Of a stretch of DNA of 64,000 bases, positions 30,454-40,408 are shown one piece after another. Location of the stretch: IMG/VR virus record IMGVR_UViG_3300033141_002688, positions 5,302 through 69,301 of that record; one strand, 5' to 3'. Both the position numbers and the translations under genes were made by a program. A model generated the notes under the pieces. That model searched no databases. It was given only the letters and a program-made list of their open reading frames with translations, and was not told where the DNA came from. The stretch comes from a virus. Within the stretch, counting starts at the first letter, position 1; each line of letters opens with the position of its first letter.

Positions 30454-30780
30454 TTAACTTGAATCAATTTTTTTTACATAGATAATCACAGATTGATCAG
30501 ATGATATACCAACCGTTAGCTCATGCTTGATATTAACAACTTCAATCTCATTGTAGATATCTTTATTATCCAATTCGTTCAACAAATCAACTACTCTAAT
30601 CCTATCTCCGATTTTATAGATATATGAAGGATTTATAATGGGTGGAATTTTCAGGTCTTCATCATCTGTACACACAAACTCGATTCGGTGATCCGCTAGT
30701 AGTTGCATAATTTTCTCCTTTCTTTTTAAACGCTTGAGCTTTTTAGGTTTCTTATTTATTGTGGCTAATTTTTCTTCCAA
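30454..30780 (-). CDS. Hypothetical protein
   Basis: ORF between the sbcD- and sbcC-like genes; start uncertain. Confidence 0.45.
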   Translation of the reverse strand: MEEKLATINKKPKKLKRLKRKEKIMQLLADHRIEFVCTDDEDLKIPPIINPSYIYKIGDRIRVVDLLNELDNKDIYNEIEVVNIKHELTVGISSDQSVIIYVKKIDSS

Positions 30781-31735
30781 TTTTCAATAGATAGTTTCTA
30801 TCTAAATTCTCAGGAACTCCCATAATTTCCATATACTGCTCTAGTTCATCACTTCTTTCATCTCTAAATCTTATCTTTCTCACTTCCTTCTTTATAATAT
30901 TAGGCTGTGCATTAAACCGCTTAAAAATATCATCCCCTAGTTGTTCTGGAGAAATACTAATTCGATAGAAGTTTCTATTATCATTCTCAATTCTTTCCTT
31001 AATACCATCATTCAACTTATCTATTTCATAGAACTGCGGACATTCGATAGAAACTGGTGTTATGTGGTCATCTTCATAATAAATGAACCTTTTCTGTTCA
31101 TCCTTCTCTCCCCAATCCTGAATCATAGGACTACCAATATTGATAATATTAACCAGTTCTTGTGGTTTGTGGATGTGACCATTGAATACATAAGTCCAAT
31201 CACCAAATATTTGATGTTTGTAAGGAGAGCTGCTGGTATAATCCATTGACCCGTGTTTGAGTCCTGCAATATCTTCATGAGTAAACAATAGATAGGATTT
31301 ATATTTTTCTTTCGGCAATCCTAAATTTCCATCTAACATTCCATATGGGATTATTCGCATAAAAATATCATCAATAATATAGTCTGTTGGTTTGTCAACT
31401 ACAGTACAGATATCTGAAAATGGTTGGAGAGATGAATATTCTCTCTTTAAAATTCGGTCGTGATTTCCAGTATTCAGAATAATCTTGAAATCTTTACTAT
31501 AATTTTTAAACTGCATCCATACTGTATTATATAAATCTTGTGGAATACGATTCTTCTCTTCAAATAGGTCACCGTTGTGGATTACATATTGAATATTATA
31601 CTCTTTTGCAAAGTCAAGAATCTGGTCTACAATTCTTAACTGCTCAATTAACCATGAAGAGTATCCCCAATCCGTAATATAAGATTTAGATGGATTCTTA
31701 TAAAAATGAATATCACTGAATACTATGAATCTCAT
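30752..31735 (-). CDS. sbcD: Mre11/SbcD (T4 gp47-like) nuclease
   Basis: SDIH, GDLF, GNHD, GHIH, GSP.IQDWGE. Confidence 0.9.
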   Translation of the reverse strand: MRFIVFSDIHFYKNPSKSYITDWGYSSWLIEQLRIVDQILDFAKEYNIQYVIHNGDLFEEKNRIPQDLYNTVWMQFKNYSKDFKIILNTGNHDRILKREYSSLQPFSDICTVVDKPTDYIIDDIFMRIIPYGMLDGNLGLPKEKYKSYLLFTHEDIAGLKHGSMDYTSSSPYKHQIFGDWTYVFNGHIHKPQELVNIINIGSPMIQDWGEKDEQKRFIYYEDDHITPVSIECPQFYEIDKLNDGIKERIENDNRNFYRISISPEQLGDDIFKRFNAQPNIIKKEVRKIRFRDERSDELEQYMEIMGVPENLDRNYLLKIGRKISHNK

Positions 31736-31756
31736 TATTATTTCCTAACAAATCTT

Positions 31757-31963
31757 TCAATTATAGAGTTCCAATGGAAACCAGCAACCATTTCTACAGG
31801 TTCCATCACTCTTAACAGGTTCACCACAAACTGGACAGTTCTGAATATATCCTGTTCCTTCACATACAGGACAATCATCACCCTTGCTTGGATCACAACC
31901 TGAAAAAATAGATGTCTCAATCTCGAATCCAGGACATTTATATCTGATTTGTTTTTCCATCAC
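31757..31963 (-). CDS. Small Cys-rich protein
   Basis: CPVCEGTG and CPVC motifs. Confidence 0.45.
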   Translation of the reverse strand: MMEKQIRYKCPGFEIETSIFSGCDPSKGDDCPVCEGTGYIQNCPVCGEPVKSDGTCRNGCWFPLELYN

Positions 31964-32010
31964 TCTTCTCTTAAAATTGTTAACTTTATTTTACCACAAT
32001 AATTCCAAAA

Positions 32011-32214
32011 TCAATTAAAACTTTCTCTATATTTCTGCCCACAGTTGATGCACCGCAAAGGGTAAAATGGTATTACCAATAACCACAATCCCCCAGTTAG
32101 AAGTACCATAAGCAACGTACCAATCCCTAAATCTCTTTTGAATCCTGAATTTCTTCTGCAATTACCACAATATTCAAATTTCATTTTTCTTCTCCCACCA
32201 TGACCATAAACCAT
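32011..32214 (-). CDS. LITAF-like zinc-ribbon membrane peptide
   Basis: CxxC - hydrophobic LTGGLWL - CxxC. Confidence 0.55.
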   Translation of the reverse strand: MVYGHGGRRKMKFEYCGNCRRNSGFKRDLGIGTLLMVLLTGGLWLLVIPFYPLRCINCGQKYRESFN

Positions 32215-32455
32215 TCTCGTGAGGTATCCATTTATCTTTTTCCTTTAGATGTACAAAATTCTGTTCATGGATACCAATAAGATAACAACAAACAAGCCAA
32301 CCTCCAAATTCTCCATCCCAAAATACATTTCGAACTACCTGTTCAATTATTCCTTGCTTAGAAGGAAATAGAACAATATCTCCTTGAGCAAAACGTGGAG
32401 AACCATTAGGTATCTCACCTGCATTAGAATAATAAGTTTCTTGCGTGTTTCTCAT
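32174..32455 (-). CDS. Hypothetical protein
   Basis: GGAGG SD, intact ORF. Confidence 0.5.
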   Translation of the reverse strand: MRNTQETYYSNAGEIPNGSPRFAQGDIVLFPSKQGIIEQVVRNVFWDGEFGGWLVCCYLIGIHEQNFVHLKEKDKWIPHENGLWSWWEKKNEI

Positions 32456-32502
32456 TCTTCCTCCATAGTCTATAAATAGACATCATAAAAGGAATACAAG
32501 TT

Positions 32503-32856
32503 CTACCTTTCTACTAAACAACTTTTAGGTAGTCCTTTAAATCTAAGTAATCTATCAATCTGCTTCTTAGTCCAAGTATTTGGTATTTTATCCCATTTAG
32601 ACCTAACATAATCACAATTTTTCTGTTTAACCAATGCTTTCACTGCTCTACCTGCTGCTTTATTTTTTCCAACTCTCTGATCGAATTCATCTTTAATACT
32701 ACAGATAGCATATCCTACTCCAACCCTACCATCTTTTGTTTTGATCTTGCATCGTGTATAAATTGGATAATGAAATTCAAAATCTACATCTTCTGGTTCC
32801 AACTGATAAATTTGATTTACTAGTTTTTTGTTTAACCTTTTTCTCCAATTCTTCAT
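32503..32856 (-). CDS. Conserved phage protein (G.A.CS..D.F....G...A..RA family)
   Basis: GVGYAICSIKDEFDQRVGKNKAAGRA motif. Confidence 0.65.
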   Translation of the reverse strand: MKNWRKRLNKKLVNQIYQLEPEDVDFEFHYPIYTRCKIKTKDGRVGVGYAICSIKDEFDQRVGKNKAAGRAVKALVKQKNCDYVRSKWDKIPNTWTKKQIDRLLRFKGLPKSCLVER

Positions 32857-33872
32857 TTTTCACCTCCTTGATAATACTCTGGATACTTATCAAATAAAAG
32901 CTCAGGGTGATCTTCCAGTAACTTCTCAACATTAAATTCATTATAAGATTTGTCTTTGTAAATCACAGTCTGTTGCCTAAACTTAGAAAACTCTTGCTTG
33001 TTTTTAGGTTTTAAATATCCCCGTTGTACCAAGAACCTGATATATCCACCATAATAAGGAATACCTTCTTTATAGAAAAATGGGATATAACATGTCCGAT
33101 AACATGGGCCTAATCTAGTCTTCTGAACTTCAATTCCTATCCAGTTTCCTACAACTTCACCTCCCTTCTTTGAATCCATAATTTTAAGTTTATCTTCCAA
33201 TGCAAACCTGTTAGTATTAAAATATCTCAACCCTTCTCCCCCTGCAACTCTCTTTGGATCACCAAACATCTGTCCAACATTATAATAAAAATGATTTGCA
33301 ATTAATAACATTACTTTTTTATCAATTATTGGAAAGAGCTTTCTGAGACCATCCTTAATTGATTTAGCACGTCTACCACTATCTGATTTATCAAGATCAA
33401 CATCCTTATCAAATGCCTGAATAGAATCTATAATACCAACAATATAAGTGTCCCCATCTTCTTTCCTAATTAAGTTTATAGTATCTATAAGGAAATTGAA
33501 TGCATCAACTACCAATGGAGTATCTTGTGGGCCAACTTTAATCATCTTATCAGTATCTATACCAAGTTCGGTTGCACGTTTATTCGTAAGAGCACTCTCT
33601 CTATCCACTATAACACCAACAGCATCATACTTTTTCTGAGCATTCGCTAGAATCTGCTGAACAAAAAGACTCTTCCCACTCTGTGAAAATCCAACAAACT
33701 CAGTCATAACCCCAAATGGAATTCCACCTTCACTTATCAAATCAAATGTCAGATTACCGGTGGATACGAAATCGGATGGATCTTCGCTTTCTGATACTAC
33801 ATTGACATCCTTATACTTTTGCTTTAACTGGTTAACAACCTTGGTTATATCCATCAGTACATTCTCCATCAT
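32853..33872 (-). CDS. recA: RecA/UvsX-like recombinase
   Basis: VSTGNLTFDLI.GGIP.G..TEFVG.SQSGKS, D.E.AL, IDSI, GGEGLRYF. Confidence 0.9.
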   Translation of the reverse strand: MMENVLMDITKVVNQLKQKYKDVNVVSESEDPSDFVSTGNLTFDLISEGGIPFGVMTEFVGFSQSGKSLFVQQILANAQKKYDAVGVIVDRESALTNKRATELGIDTDKMIKVGPQDTPLVVDAFNFLIDTINLIRKEDGDTYIVGIIDSIQAFDKDVDLDKSDSGRRAKSIKDGLRKLFPIIDKKVMLLIANHFYYNVGQMFGDPKRVAGGEGLRYFNTNRFALEDKLKIMDSKKGGEVVGNWIGIEVQKTRLGPCYRTCYIPFFYKEGIPYYGGYIRFLVQRGYLKPKNKQEFSKFRQQTVIYKDKSYNEFNVEKLLEDHPELLFDKYPEYYQGGEK

Positions 33873-34239
33873 ATCTATCTTCTAGTTTATCTCTTAGTTG
33901 TTTTGCTAATCGTTGTCTAATACTCTTGTATGACTCATAGGAATGCAACAGGTGTTCAAGATTCCACAATGAGAAGTATAGAGAAATAATAACCCAGGAA
34001 AGGGTAGAGATACCAAGAAAAAGTATACCATAATTTTTAGATTTAACAAAACAACTAATTGATAATGTTAATAAAGCAATAAATATAATCATAAATCCAA
34101 TACCACATAATGAATGAATAACATCATGCCTTAGCTGATCTTTCATAGTATCCAAATGGTTTTTCTCCCATTCAGTCTCAGCAGTAAGAACCAAATTAGG
34201 TCTTTTAATATGAAGTCTAGCATTCGGTGAAATAGTCAT
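33832..34239 (-). CDS. Two-TM membrane protein with C-terminal LRxKLE tag
   Basis: Two hydrophobic helices; AKQLRDKLEDR. Confidence 0.6.
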   Translation of the reverse strand: MTISPNARLHIKRPNLVLTAETEWEKNHLDTMKDQLRHDVIHSLCGIGFMIIFIALLTLSISCFVKSKNYGILFLGISTLSWVIISLYFSLWNLEHLLHSYESYKSIRQRLAKQLRDKLEDRYDGECTDGYNQGC

Positions 34240-34240
34240 C

Positions 34241-35155
34241 CTACCTCATACTCCTCTTAATTTCACTAACACATTCCTTCCTATCTGGACACTCAATGCA
34301 CATTTGATCTTCTGAATCATACAAATCTTCTTTACCAAAACAGCGTCTTCTTGTTTTAGGTTTCTCTTGTAATTCTGGCATAGAAAATTCTTTATCTTCT
34401 ATAACATTTGGCTCATCAGATGTTACCAGACCAGATTCTTCAATTTCCTCTGGTACTGAAAGATCAAGCATTTCCTTGCCATCCACTTCTTCCTGTGTAA
34501 CCCCACCCCAATGTCTAAAGACGGCAGTCATAATCCTTCTATTCTTATCACCAAGTTTACCATTTCTCCAAGGAGGGCATATTCTGAATGACATAGTTTC
34601 ATCGGCTTTCATTTTTGAAACTTTATAAATATCCACAGTTCCTTCTTGGAGAATCTTGATGAGATTTTCTTCATCTAGATTATAAAGATTGTTCAATGCT
34701 TCTTCTGGAATATCCCAATCAGCATGTTCTAACATTGGGGAAATACTATACTTGGGATAGTTATCTCCACCGATTGTCTTGGTAATTTCCATTTCTCTTC
34801 CTTTGCCAGCTTTAGGATGAGCAATATCTAACCACTTGTCTTTTTCATTGTTGTGGATTATTACATTTCCAGCATCTTTTCCTATCTGCATTAATACTAC
34901 CTTTTCAGGATTTTCTGGAAAGACTACGTTTAGAAAATACGCAGCCTTTGCTGCCTTTTTAGCTGCTAGTTTCCATTTAGGACTTCCTTTAGTAGTTGTT
35001 TGGAATATTTTAGCTAATGCATCACAAACATAACATCTTCTCCCAATTGATAAATTTCTTTTTGGACAAATAATCCCATTACTTACTAGTTCTTGTTCTC
35101 TTGCCTGTTTCTTTGCTTCTTCTGAACTTAACATATAAGGGTCTCTCTTACTCAT
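34241..35155 (-). CDS. Single-stranded DNA-binding protein (T4 gp32-like), putative
   Basis: CP......CYVC zinc site, YFLNV, GREMEITK...YPKY; position next to recA; acidic stretch near the C-terminus. Confidence 0.65.
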   Translation of the reverse strand: MSKRDPYMLSSEEAKKQAREQELVSNGIICPKRNLSIGRRCYVCDALAKIFQTTTKGSPKWKLAAKKAAKAAYFLNVVFPENPEKVVLMQIGKDAGNVIIHNNEKDKWLDIAHPKAGKGREMEITKTIGGDNYPKYSISPMLEHADWDIPEEALNNLYNLDEENLIKILQEGTVDIYKVSKMKADETMSFRICPPWRNGKLGDKNRRIMTAVFRHWGGVTQEEVDGKEMLDLSVPEEIEESGLVTSDEPNVIEDKEFSMPELQEKPKTRRRCFGKEDLYDSEDQMCIECPDRKECVSEIKRSMR

Positions 35156-35169
35156 AATCTATTCCTCCT

Positions 35170-35637
35170 TTAATAAATTAGTTTTTCTCCTACTTCATTT
35201 AATAAATCATTAACACTCTGTTTCTTATCTAAATCTAATCCATATTTTGCTAATGTTACCAATTCTTGTAATCTATATCCCCTAGCTTCCCAGGATTTGA
35301 CCAATCCATCAATATAATCCTTATCCTCTGTCGCTCTGTTTAATTCCTTCATCTTTTTCTGAAAATCTTTATCTAAAAATATCCTACTTTTTCTGATCTC
35401 TCCTAATGCTGAAGGTGGTATCTTTTCTTCCTTCCTGATTCTCTCTATTATTTTGGCTGATAAAATCTTAAGTTCCAAAGTTAAATCATTTACTCGTGTA
35501 GTAGCTTCCTTCGCCAATCTTAGATACTCATTGTATTTTCTTGAATAAGTTCTCAACTCTCTTTCTAAATCATAAACTGAATCAAACTTAATTTCAAATT
35601 CTAAATCATCTTTCATTTCTTCTGCCTCTTTATACAT
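35170..35637 (-). CDS. UvsY-like recombination mediator, putative
   Basis: Helical protein ending ...LVKSWEARGYRLQEL; position beside SSB/recA. Confidence 0.55.
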   Translation of the reverse strand: MYKEAEEMKDDLEFEIKFDSVYDLERELRTYSRKYNEYLRLAKEATTRVNDLTLELKILSAKIIERIRKEEKIPPSALGEIRKSRIFLDKDFQKKMKELNRATEDKDYIDGLVKSWEARGYRLQELVTLAKYGLDLDKKQSVNDLLNEVGEKLIY

Positions 35638-35738
35638 TTCCTACATTCAAATGCCTTTTCTCTAATCTTCTTTTCACAAACCTTTTTATGAATTCTAACA
35701 TTTAAAATTGAACAATAAAAATAATCACTCTCTTCTTT

Positions 35739-35766
35739 ATTATAATCCTTTTTCATTTTTTGTCAA
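35739..35766 (-). promoter_or_regulatory. Sigma70-type promoter TTGACA-N16-TATAAT
   Basis: Minus strand TTGACA aaaaatgaaaaaggat TATAAT. Confidence 0.7.
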
Positions 35767-36109
35767 TATTATATTTTTTAAAAATGTTCAAACATTCGTT
35801 CCTAACATACACTTTTTTCCTATTATAGAGTGTGTAATATCTTTGTTTTGGCGAATAACCTAATAAAGTCAACATTTTACTCTTTGTCAAATTTGGCAGG
35901 TAAGATTTATAATATTTAAACAATTTATTAACCTCTTCAGGAAGAATATATACATAGGTAGTTTTATCTAAATACCTTACTAGTGATTCTAAGACATCCT
36001 TATTCAACAAGATTAAAGTTTTTCTGCCAATAGTCTTTAATCCTTCAAGTTTCATCCTCAACAATATAACATCCCTGTATTTTTTTAAATCTTCGACTGT
36101 ATAGTTCAT
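35753..36109 (-). CDS. LRxKLE family A protein
   Basis: MNYTVEDLKKYRDVILLRMKLEG...YYKSYLPNLTK..L.LLGYS. Confidence 0.7.
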   Translation of the reverse strand: MNYTVEDLKKYRDVILLRMKLEGLKTIGRKTLILLNKDVLESLVRYLDKTTYVYILPEEVNKLFKYYKSYLPNLTKSKMLTLLGYSPKQRYYTLYNRKKVYVRNECLNIFKKYNIDKK

Positions 36110-36396
36110 TTGACTACTAACTTAAAATAAGGATGATTATTTGTTTCCCTCATTCTAAAGTTGTATCTTTTCAACAATTCAGTAGCAACTTTAGCCTTCC
36201 TATCATCTGCCATTAAATGGAGTAATATCGGTAGTTTAATATCAATATGAGGTGTATAGTTGGAACAAGATGACCGCAATTCATCAACAGATAAATAATG
36301 AGTAGACCTTAATTCAGGCCAGGCAGAATTTACTTTCCTACATTTAAATGTCTCACATTCGTTGCATTCTCTCATAATACTCTCCAATATAATCAT
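36106..36396 (-). CDS. Hypothetical Cys-containing protein
   Basis: CNEC...C motif; true start may be the downstream ATG (MREC). Confidence 0.45.
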   Translation of the reverse strand: MIILESIMRECNECETFKCRKVNSAWPELRSTHYLSVDELRSSCSNYTPHIDIKLPILLHLMADDRKAKVATELLKRYNFRMRETNNHPYFKLVVK

Positions 36397-36413
36397 CTTT
36401 TTTTATTTGTCAA
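36386..36413 (-). promoter_or_regulatory. Sigma70-type promoter TTGACA-N16-TATATT
   Basis: Minus strand TTGACA aataaaaaaagatgat TATATT. Confidence 0.6.
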
Positions 36414-38824
36414 CAAATATTTTCAATTTTCTTCAAATCGGCAAGGTTGTTTCCTACTTCTATATCAACCTTCAGTTTAACTTTATTCAGTCTATCAAAT
36501 GGTTTATTAACGTCTTCCATAATCTGTTTCATAATAGGAATCATTTCATCAATCTCTTCATCAGGAGATTCAATTACAATAGAATCATATACTTGCATAA
36601 CCAATCTGGATTTTACTTTCTTACTCTCTAATTCCTTATTAATCTGTATCAATGCTAATTGAAGGATATTCCATGCTAAGCTTTGGACTAAGAAATTAAC
36701 TGCTTCTCTATGAGTATTATAATCCTTGACCCCATGATCTTTCCATCTTCTACAAAATCCAAAATAATTCTTCAAATATCCATCATTTATAACCTTCTTG
36801 ATAGTTAATTGAATATTCTTCTTGAGATCAGGAAAATTTTCATAGTAGGAATCAATGAATTCTTTTGCTTTCTTAACACTAATTCCCAGATCATAGGCCA
36901 AACTATATGGGCCTTCTTGATATATAACTCCAAACTGAACTGCCTTTCCTCTTACTCTCAATTCAGTTATTTTAGGATCTCCATTATCATAACCAGTATA
37001 AATTTCATCATAATCTCTATTAAATGCCTGAGCAGTGATTCTACAATGAATATCCTTTGAAAAATCATTACATATCTCTATTAATCTTGGTTCATTATAC
37101 ACTACACTAGAAATTCTTACTTCAAGCTGAGAATAATCTGCACATATAAACTTATTACCATCTCTTGCTATAATACACCGTTTAATATCTTTCTCTCTAG
37201 GGATATTCTGGAGATTTGGGTTTTCACTTGTTGGTCTCCCAGTTGCAGTATTATGTAAAGAATACTTAGTATGAGCAATGCCATCAATCAATTTAGGTAG
37301 AACACCAGACAGAAAATTAGCTCGCACCCCTTGAAGAGACCTATAATTTGTCATAGCCCTACAATAAGGATTTTTATATTTTCTGGCATATATCTTCATC
37401 TCATCTTTACTGATTGATGGGTTGTTCTTCTTTGTATATTTTAAAATAGGTAGTTCATAATAATCCAATAACAAGTATTTCAACATTAAAGGAGAACGTG
37501 GATTAAATTCTCTACCAAATTTTTTCTCTGTAGCTTTCACTCCATCTAAGGATTGAACCTTCTTCCATGCTTTCTCAGCCTTCTGTTTATAGATTTTATC
37601 AACTCGTTTAACTTCATCAATATCATACTTAACACCATGAAGAGCCATCTTGGTAAGAATATAATTTGTAGGCATCATCAAATTTTCATAAACCCAATCA
37701 TATTTCTCACTTATTATTCTTTTAAACTGCTTTTTTCTAATTGGATATAAAACTCCAACATCATTAGCACCATACTGATATAAAACTTCTTTATCAGTAA
37801 CTTTATGTGCTCCACCAGCCTGTTTTACTTCCTCCCAATACCCCAAATACTCTGGAACGTATTTGCTGACTAAATAATTTAAATTATTATCCTTCATTCC
37901 AGTAAGTATATACTCAGCAAGGCATGTATCAAATTCCCACTTTCTTGGTAATATTCCCAAATTGGAATATAAAAATTTCATATCGAAAGAAAAATCCTGT
38001 CCTATTATATTAGAGTTTTCAAATAGTTTTTTAAGCTTATCTCTAATACTCATCAATATTGTGTTTGGCAGTATGTAAATTGGCTCTTTTCCATCACTCA
38101 ACTGAATAATATTTATCTTATCTTCAAATGGATCAAGACCAGTAGTCTCCAAATCAAAATAAATATTTCTACCGATTAACAGGTCAAATATTTTATCAAA
38201 ATCATTAATATTATCAATTATTTTATACCTAAAATTTTTAGTTTCCTGTGGTTCTTTATCCAATAAAGATTTGATTTTCTTGAAATCTTCTTCAACTTTA
38301 CCTTTTTTCGATTGATCATATCCTATTGCCATTGGATGGTAAGTAGCAAACACTTTCCTATTTATTTTCCTACTAAATAAAAGTTTTCCTCTGTAAATCT
38401 CAATACCTTCCAAATCAGTAAGCTGGTAAAGAGCGGTTGTCCCCAAGGCTATTACCAATTTAGGATTTATTTGATCCAATTCCCTTAACGTATGTTCAAA
38501 ACACAAATCCAATTCTCTTTTGGTTGGTTTGGTATTTCCTTTCTTCCAACAACGTAAGGCATTTGCTATTGCTATCTCTTGTCTACTCAATCCTGCTATT
38601 TCTAGTAATTTATCTAGTATTTTTCCGGCTTTTCCAATAAAGTGTCTTTTGTAAATTGCTTCATTCCTGCCGGCCATTTCTCCCAGAAAATAAAACTCAG
38701 CATTTGGATTACCCGAGAATGGATGGCAATTCAAACCATATTCATTCTTATAGGCTGAACACTTAGTACATTTCTTCTTTTCTATTGTATCCTGCACAAT
38801 AAGCCTCTTCCTGACAATACTCAC
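36410..38824 (-). CDS. polA: Family A DNA polymerase with N-terminal family-4 uracil-DNA glycosylase domain and 3'-5' exonuclease
   Basis: UDG: CTKC, GE..G..E....HFIGKAG, TYHP. Exonuclease: DLETTGLD. Polymerase: TGR.TS.NPNLQNIPR, DYSQLEVR, R..GKAVQFGVIY, QVYDS. Confidence 0.93.
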   Translation of the reverse strand: MSIVRKRLIVQDTIEKKKCTKCSAYKNEYGLNCHPFSGNPNAEFYFLGEMAGRNEAIYKRHFIGKAGKILDKLLEIAGLSRQEIAIANALRCWKKGNTKPTKRELDLCFEHTLRELDQINPKLVIALGTTALYQLTDLEGIEIYRGKLLFSRKINRKVFATYHPMAIGYDQSKKGKVEEDFKKIKSLLDKEPQETKNFRYKIIDNINDFDKIFDLLIGRNIYFDLETTGLDPFEDKINIIQLSDGKEPIYILPNTILMSIRDKLKKLFENSNIIGQDFSFDMKFLYSNLGILPRKWEFDTCLAEYILTGMKDNNLNYLVSKYVPEYLGYWEEVKQAGGAHKVTDKEVLYQYGANDVGVLYPIRKKQFKRIISEKYDWVYENLMMPTNYILTKMALHGVKYDIDEVKRVDKIYKQKAEKAWKKVQSLDGVKATEKKFGREFNPRSPLMLKYLLLDYYELPILKYTKKNNPSISKDEMKIYARKYKNPYCRAMTNYRSLQGVRANFLSGVLPKLIDGIAHTKYSLHNTATGRPTSENPNLQNIPREKDIKRCIIARDGNKFICADYSQLEVRISSVVYNEPRLIEICNDFSKDIHCRITAQAFNRDYDEIYTGYDNGDPKITELRVRGKAVQFGVIYQEGPYSLAYDLGISVKKAKEFIDSYYENFPDLKKNIQLTIKKVINDGYLKNYFGFCRRWKDHGVKDYNTHREAVNFLVQSLAWNILQLALIQINKELESKKVKSRLVMQVYDSIVIESPDEEIDEMIPIMKQIMEDVNKPFDRLNKVKLKVDIEVGNNLADLKKIENIC

Positions 38825-38907
38825 ATGGTTTTACCAAGATTTCATTATTATCCTCATCAATTTCTATTTCTAATCTTTTCATGTGTATAGCACATAACAC
38901 TGTAACT

Positions 38908-39189
38908 TCAGTCATATAATTCTCTCAACGATTTATTAAAATATTTCATTTCAAGAAATAAATCAAACTCAACATCAGATTTATACATCCACTTCCTACC
39001 ATATAAATTTCTCTTACTCTCTATCTTATTTCTCAATATAAATCCTTCTATAATTCGCAATTCCTTATCTGATAAATTTTCTAATATATAATATTCAAAA
39101 TCATATATAAGAGATATAAAGTAAATTTCATCTCTCAAATAATGAATCCATATAGCTTCACTCTTTTCCAAAATCTTACTTAATTCCAT
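38908..39189 (-). CDS. LRxKLE family B protein
   Basis: NLSDKELRIIEGFILRNKIES. Confidence 0.65.
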   Translation of the reverse strand: MELSKILEKSEAIWIHYLRDEIYFISLIYDFEYYILENLSDKELRIIEGFILRNKIESKRNLYGRKWMYKSDVEFDLFLEMKYFNKSLRELYD

Positions 39190-39497
39190 TTTATCTCTAT
39201 AATAGAAAGAGATTGACTTACTTTTTCCAAAAGATTATCTAAATAATTTTTATTTTTCTGATACCAATACCAGTGACTAATTTTAAACCTACCTTTTCCT
39301 TCTATTTTCATTCGCAATAACCATCCTTTAATAATTTTTATTTCTTCTTCAGATAGATTCCTAAACATATATAAAGAGTGGTAATTTGTCTTTCCATTTC
39401 TTACTCTTATAGTAACACTATAAATCTCATTATCTAAAAAGTCAATATATAATGCTGAGGAATTTTCCTTTAAAAATTTAATTAATTCTTTTCTCAT
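39180..39497 (-). CDS. LRxKLE family B protein
   Basis: NLSEEEIKIIKGWLLRMKIEG. Confidence 0.65.
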   Translation of the reverse strand: MRKELIKFLKENSSALYIDFLDNEIYSVTIRVRNGKTNYHSLYMFRNLSEEEIKIIKGWLLRMKIEGKGRFKISHWYWYQKNKNYLDNLLEKVSQSLSIIEIKWN

Positions 39498-39765
39498 AGC
39501 CTTCCGACCTAAAAGTATCAGAACTTCTCCCTCTCTTTTTAATAATACAAATCACTCTTTGGTTATTTTCAAGTCTATCCCTTAGAAGAAAACCATTAAT
39601 AAATGCTAATTCTTTTTTCGAAAATTTACCATTTAATTTGTATTTTTGCAAAAAGCTATCTTCAACTGTAAAGAATCTAACATATTCTAATCTACCTTTT
39701 GTATTAATTGATAAATGTACTCTAATTGCATCATCCAACTTTTTCAACTTATCTATTCTTTTCAT
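39478..39765 (-). CDS. LRxKLE family B protein
   Basis: FSKKELAFINGFLLRDRLEN. Confidence 0.65.
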   Translation of the reverse strand: MKRIDKLKKLDDAIRVHLSINTKGRLEYVRFFTVEDSFLQKYKLNGKFSKKELAFINGFLLRDRLENNQRVICIIKKRGRSSDTFRSEGYEKRIN

Positions 39766-39767
39766 AC

Positions 39768-40088
39768 TTAAGTCCGCTTAATAATCTGATCAAATTGTTC
39801 ATCAAATTTAACCAAATTGAAATTTCTCAAATCTCTCTTCAATTTCTCTTCAGAACTCCATTCTACTTCTTCAATCTCAACTCCAGTATTCTCAAGTTTC
39901 TGTCTCAATAACCACCCTCTGATATATTTTCTTTCTCTTAACGTAAAATCATCAATGATATAATAATCTCTATTTGTACAGAATACCACAGTATATAACT
40001 TAGATTCCACATAGTCAAACCATAAAATATGATATGTAGGGTCTATTTCTACCATTCTTAATAAATATTTCAAGCTTTCTCTAATCAT
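39768..40088 (-). CDS. LRxKLE family B protein
   Basis: FTLRERKYIRGWLLRQKLEN. Confidence 0.65.
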   Translation of the reverse strand: MIRESLKYLLRMVEIDPTYHILWFDYVESKLYTVVFCTNRDYYIIDDFTLRERKYIRGWLLRQKLENTGVEIEEVEWSSEEKLKRDLRNFNLVKFDEQFDQIIKRT

Positions 40089-40408
40089 TTTAAGACCAAC
40101 TCCACAAGGTCTGAAGATGATATATCTTTTTGTAGACCTTTAAAGAAATCAGATTTCGTTTCCCAACCGAATTCGTAAATATAAAACGAATTATTTTCAA
40201 GTTTATTTCTCAACACAAACCCATTTACACAATTTAACACTTTATTAGAAACCTTAATAAAATAATACATTTTTGGCCAAACATCATCACCACAACCATA
40301 AAAACCAATAGCATATAATTTATCATTCACATTATCAAAATAAATCTCACTATTTCTTGCTTTCTCCAACAATCCGATAAATTCTTTTTTAGATATCTGT
40401 TTCCTCAT
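40085..40408 (-). CDS. LRxKLE family B protein
   Basis: VSNKVLNCVNGFVLRNKLEN. Confidence 0.65.
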   Translation of the reverse strand: MRKQISKKEFIGLLEKARNSEIYFDNVNDKLYAIGFYGCGDDVWPKMYYFIKVSNKVLNCVNGFVLRNKLENNSFYIYEFGWETKSDFFKGLQKDISSSDLVELVLK

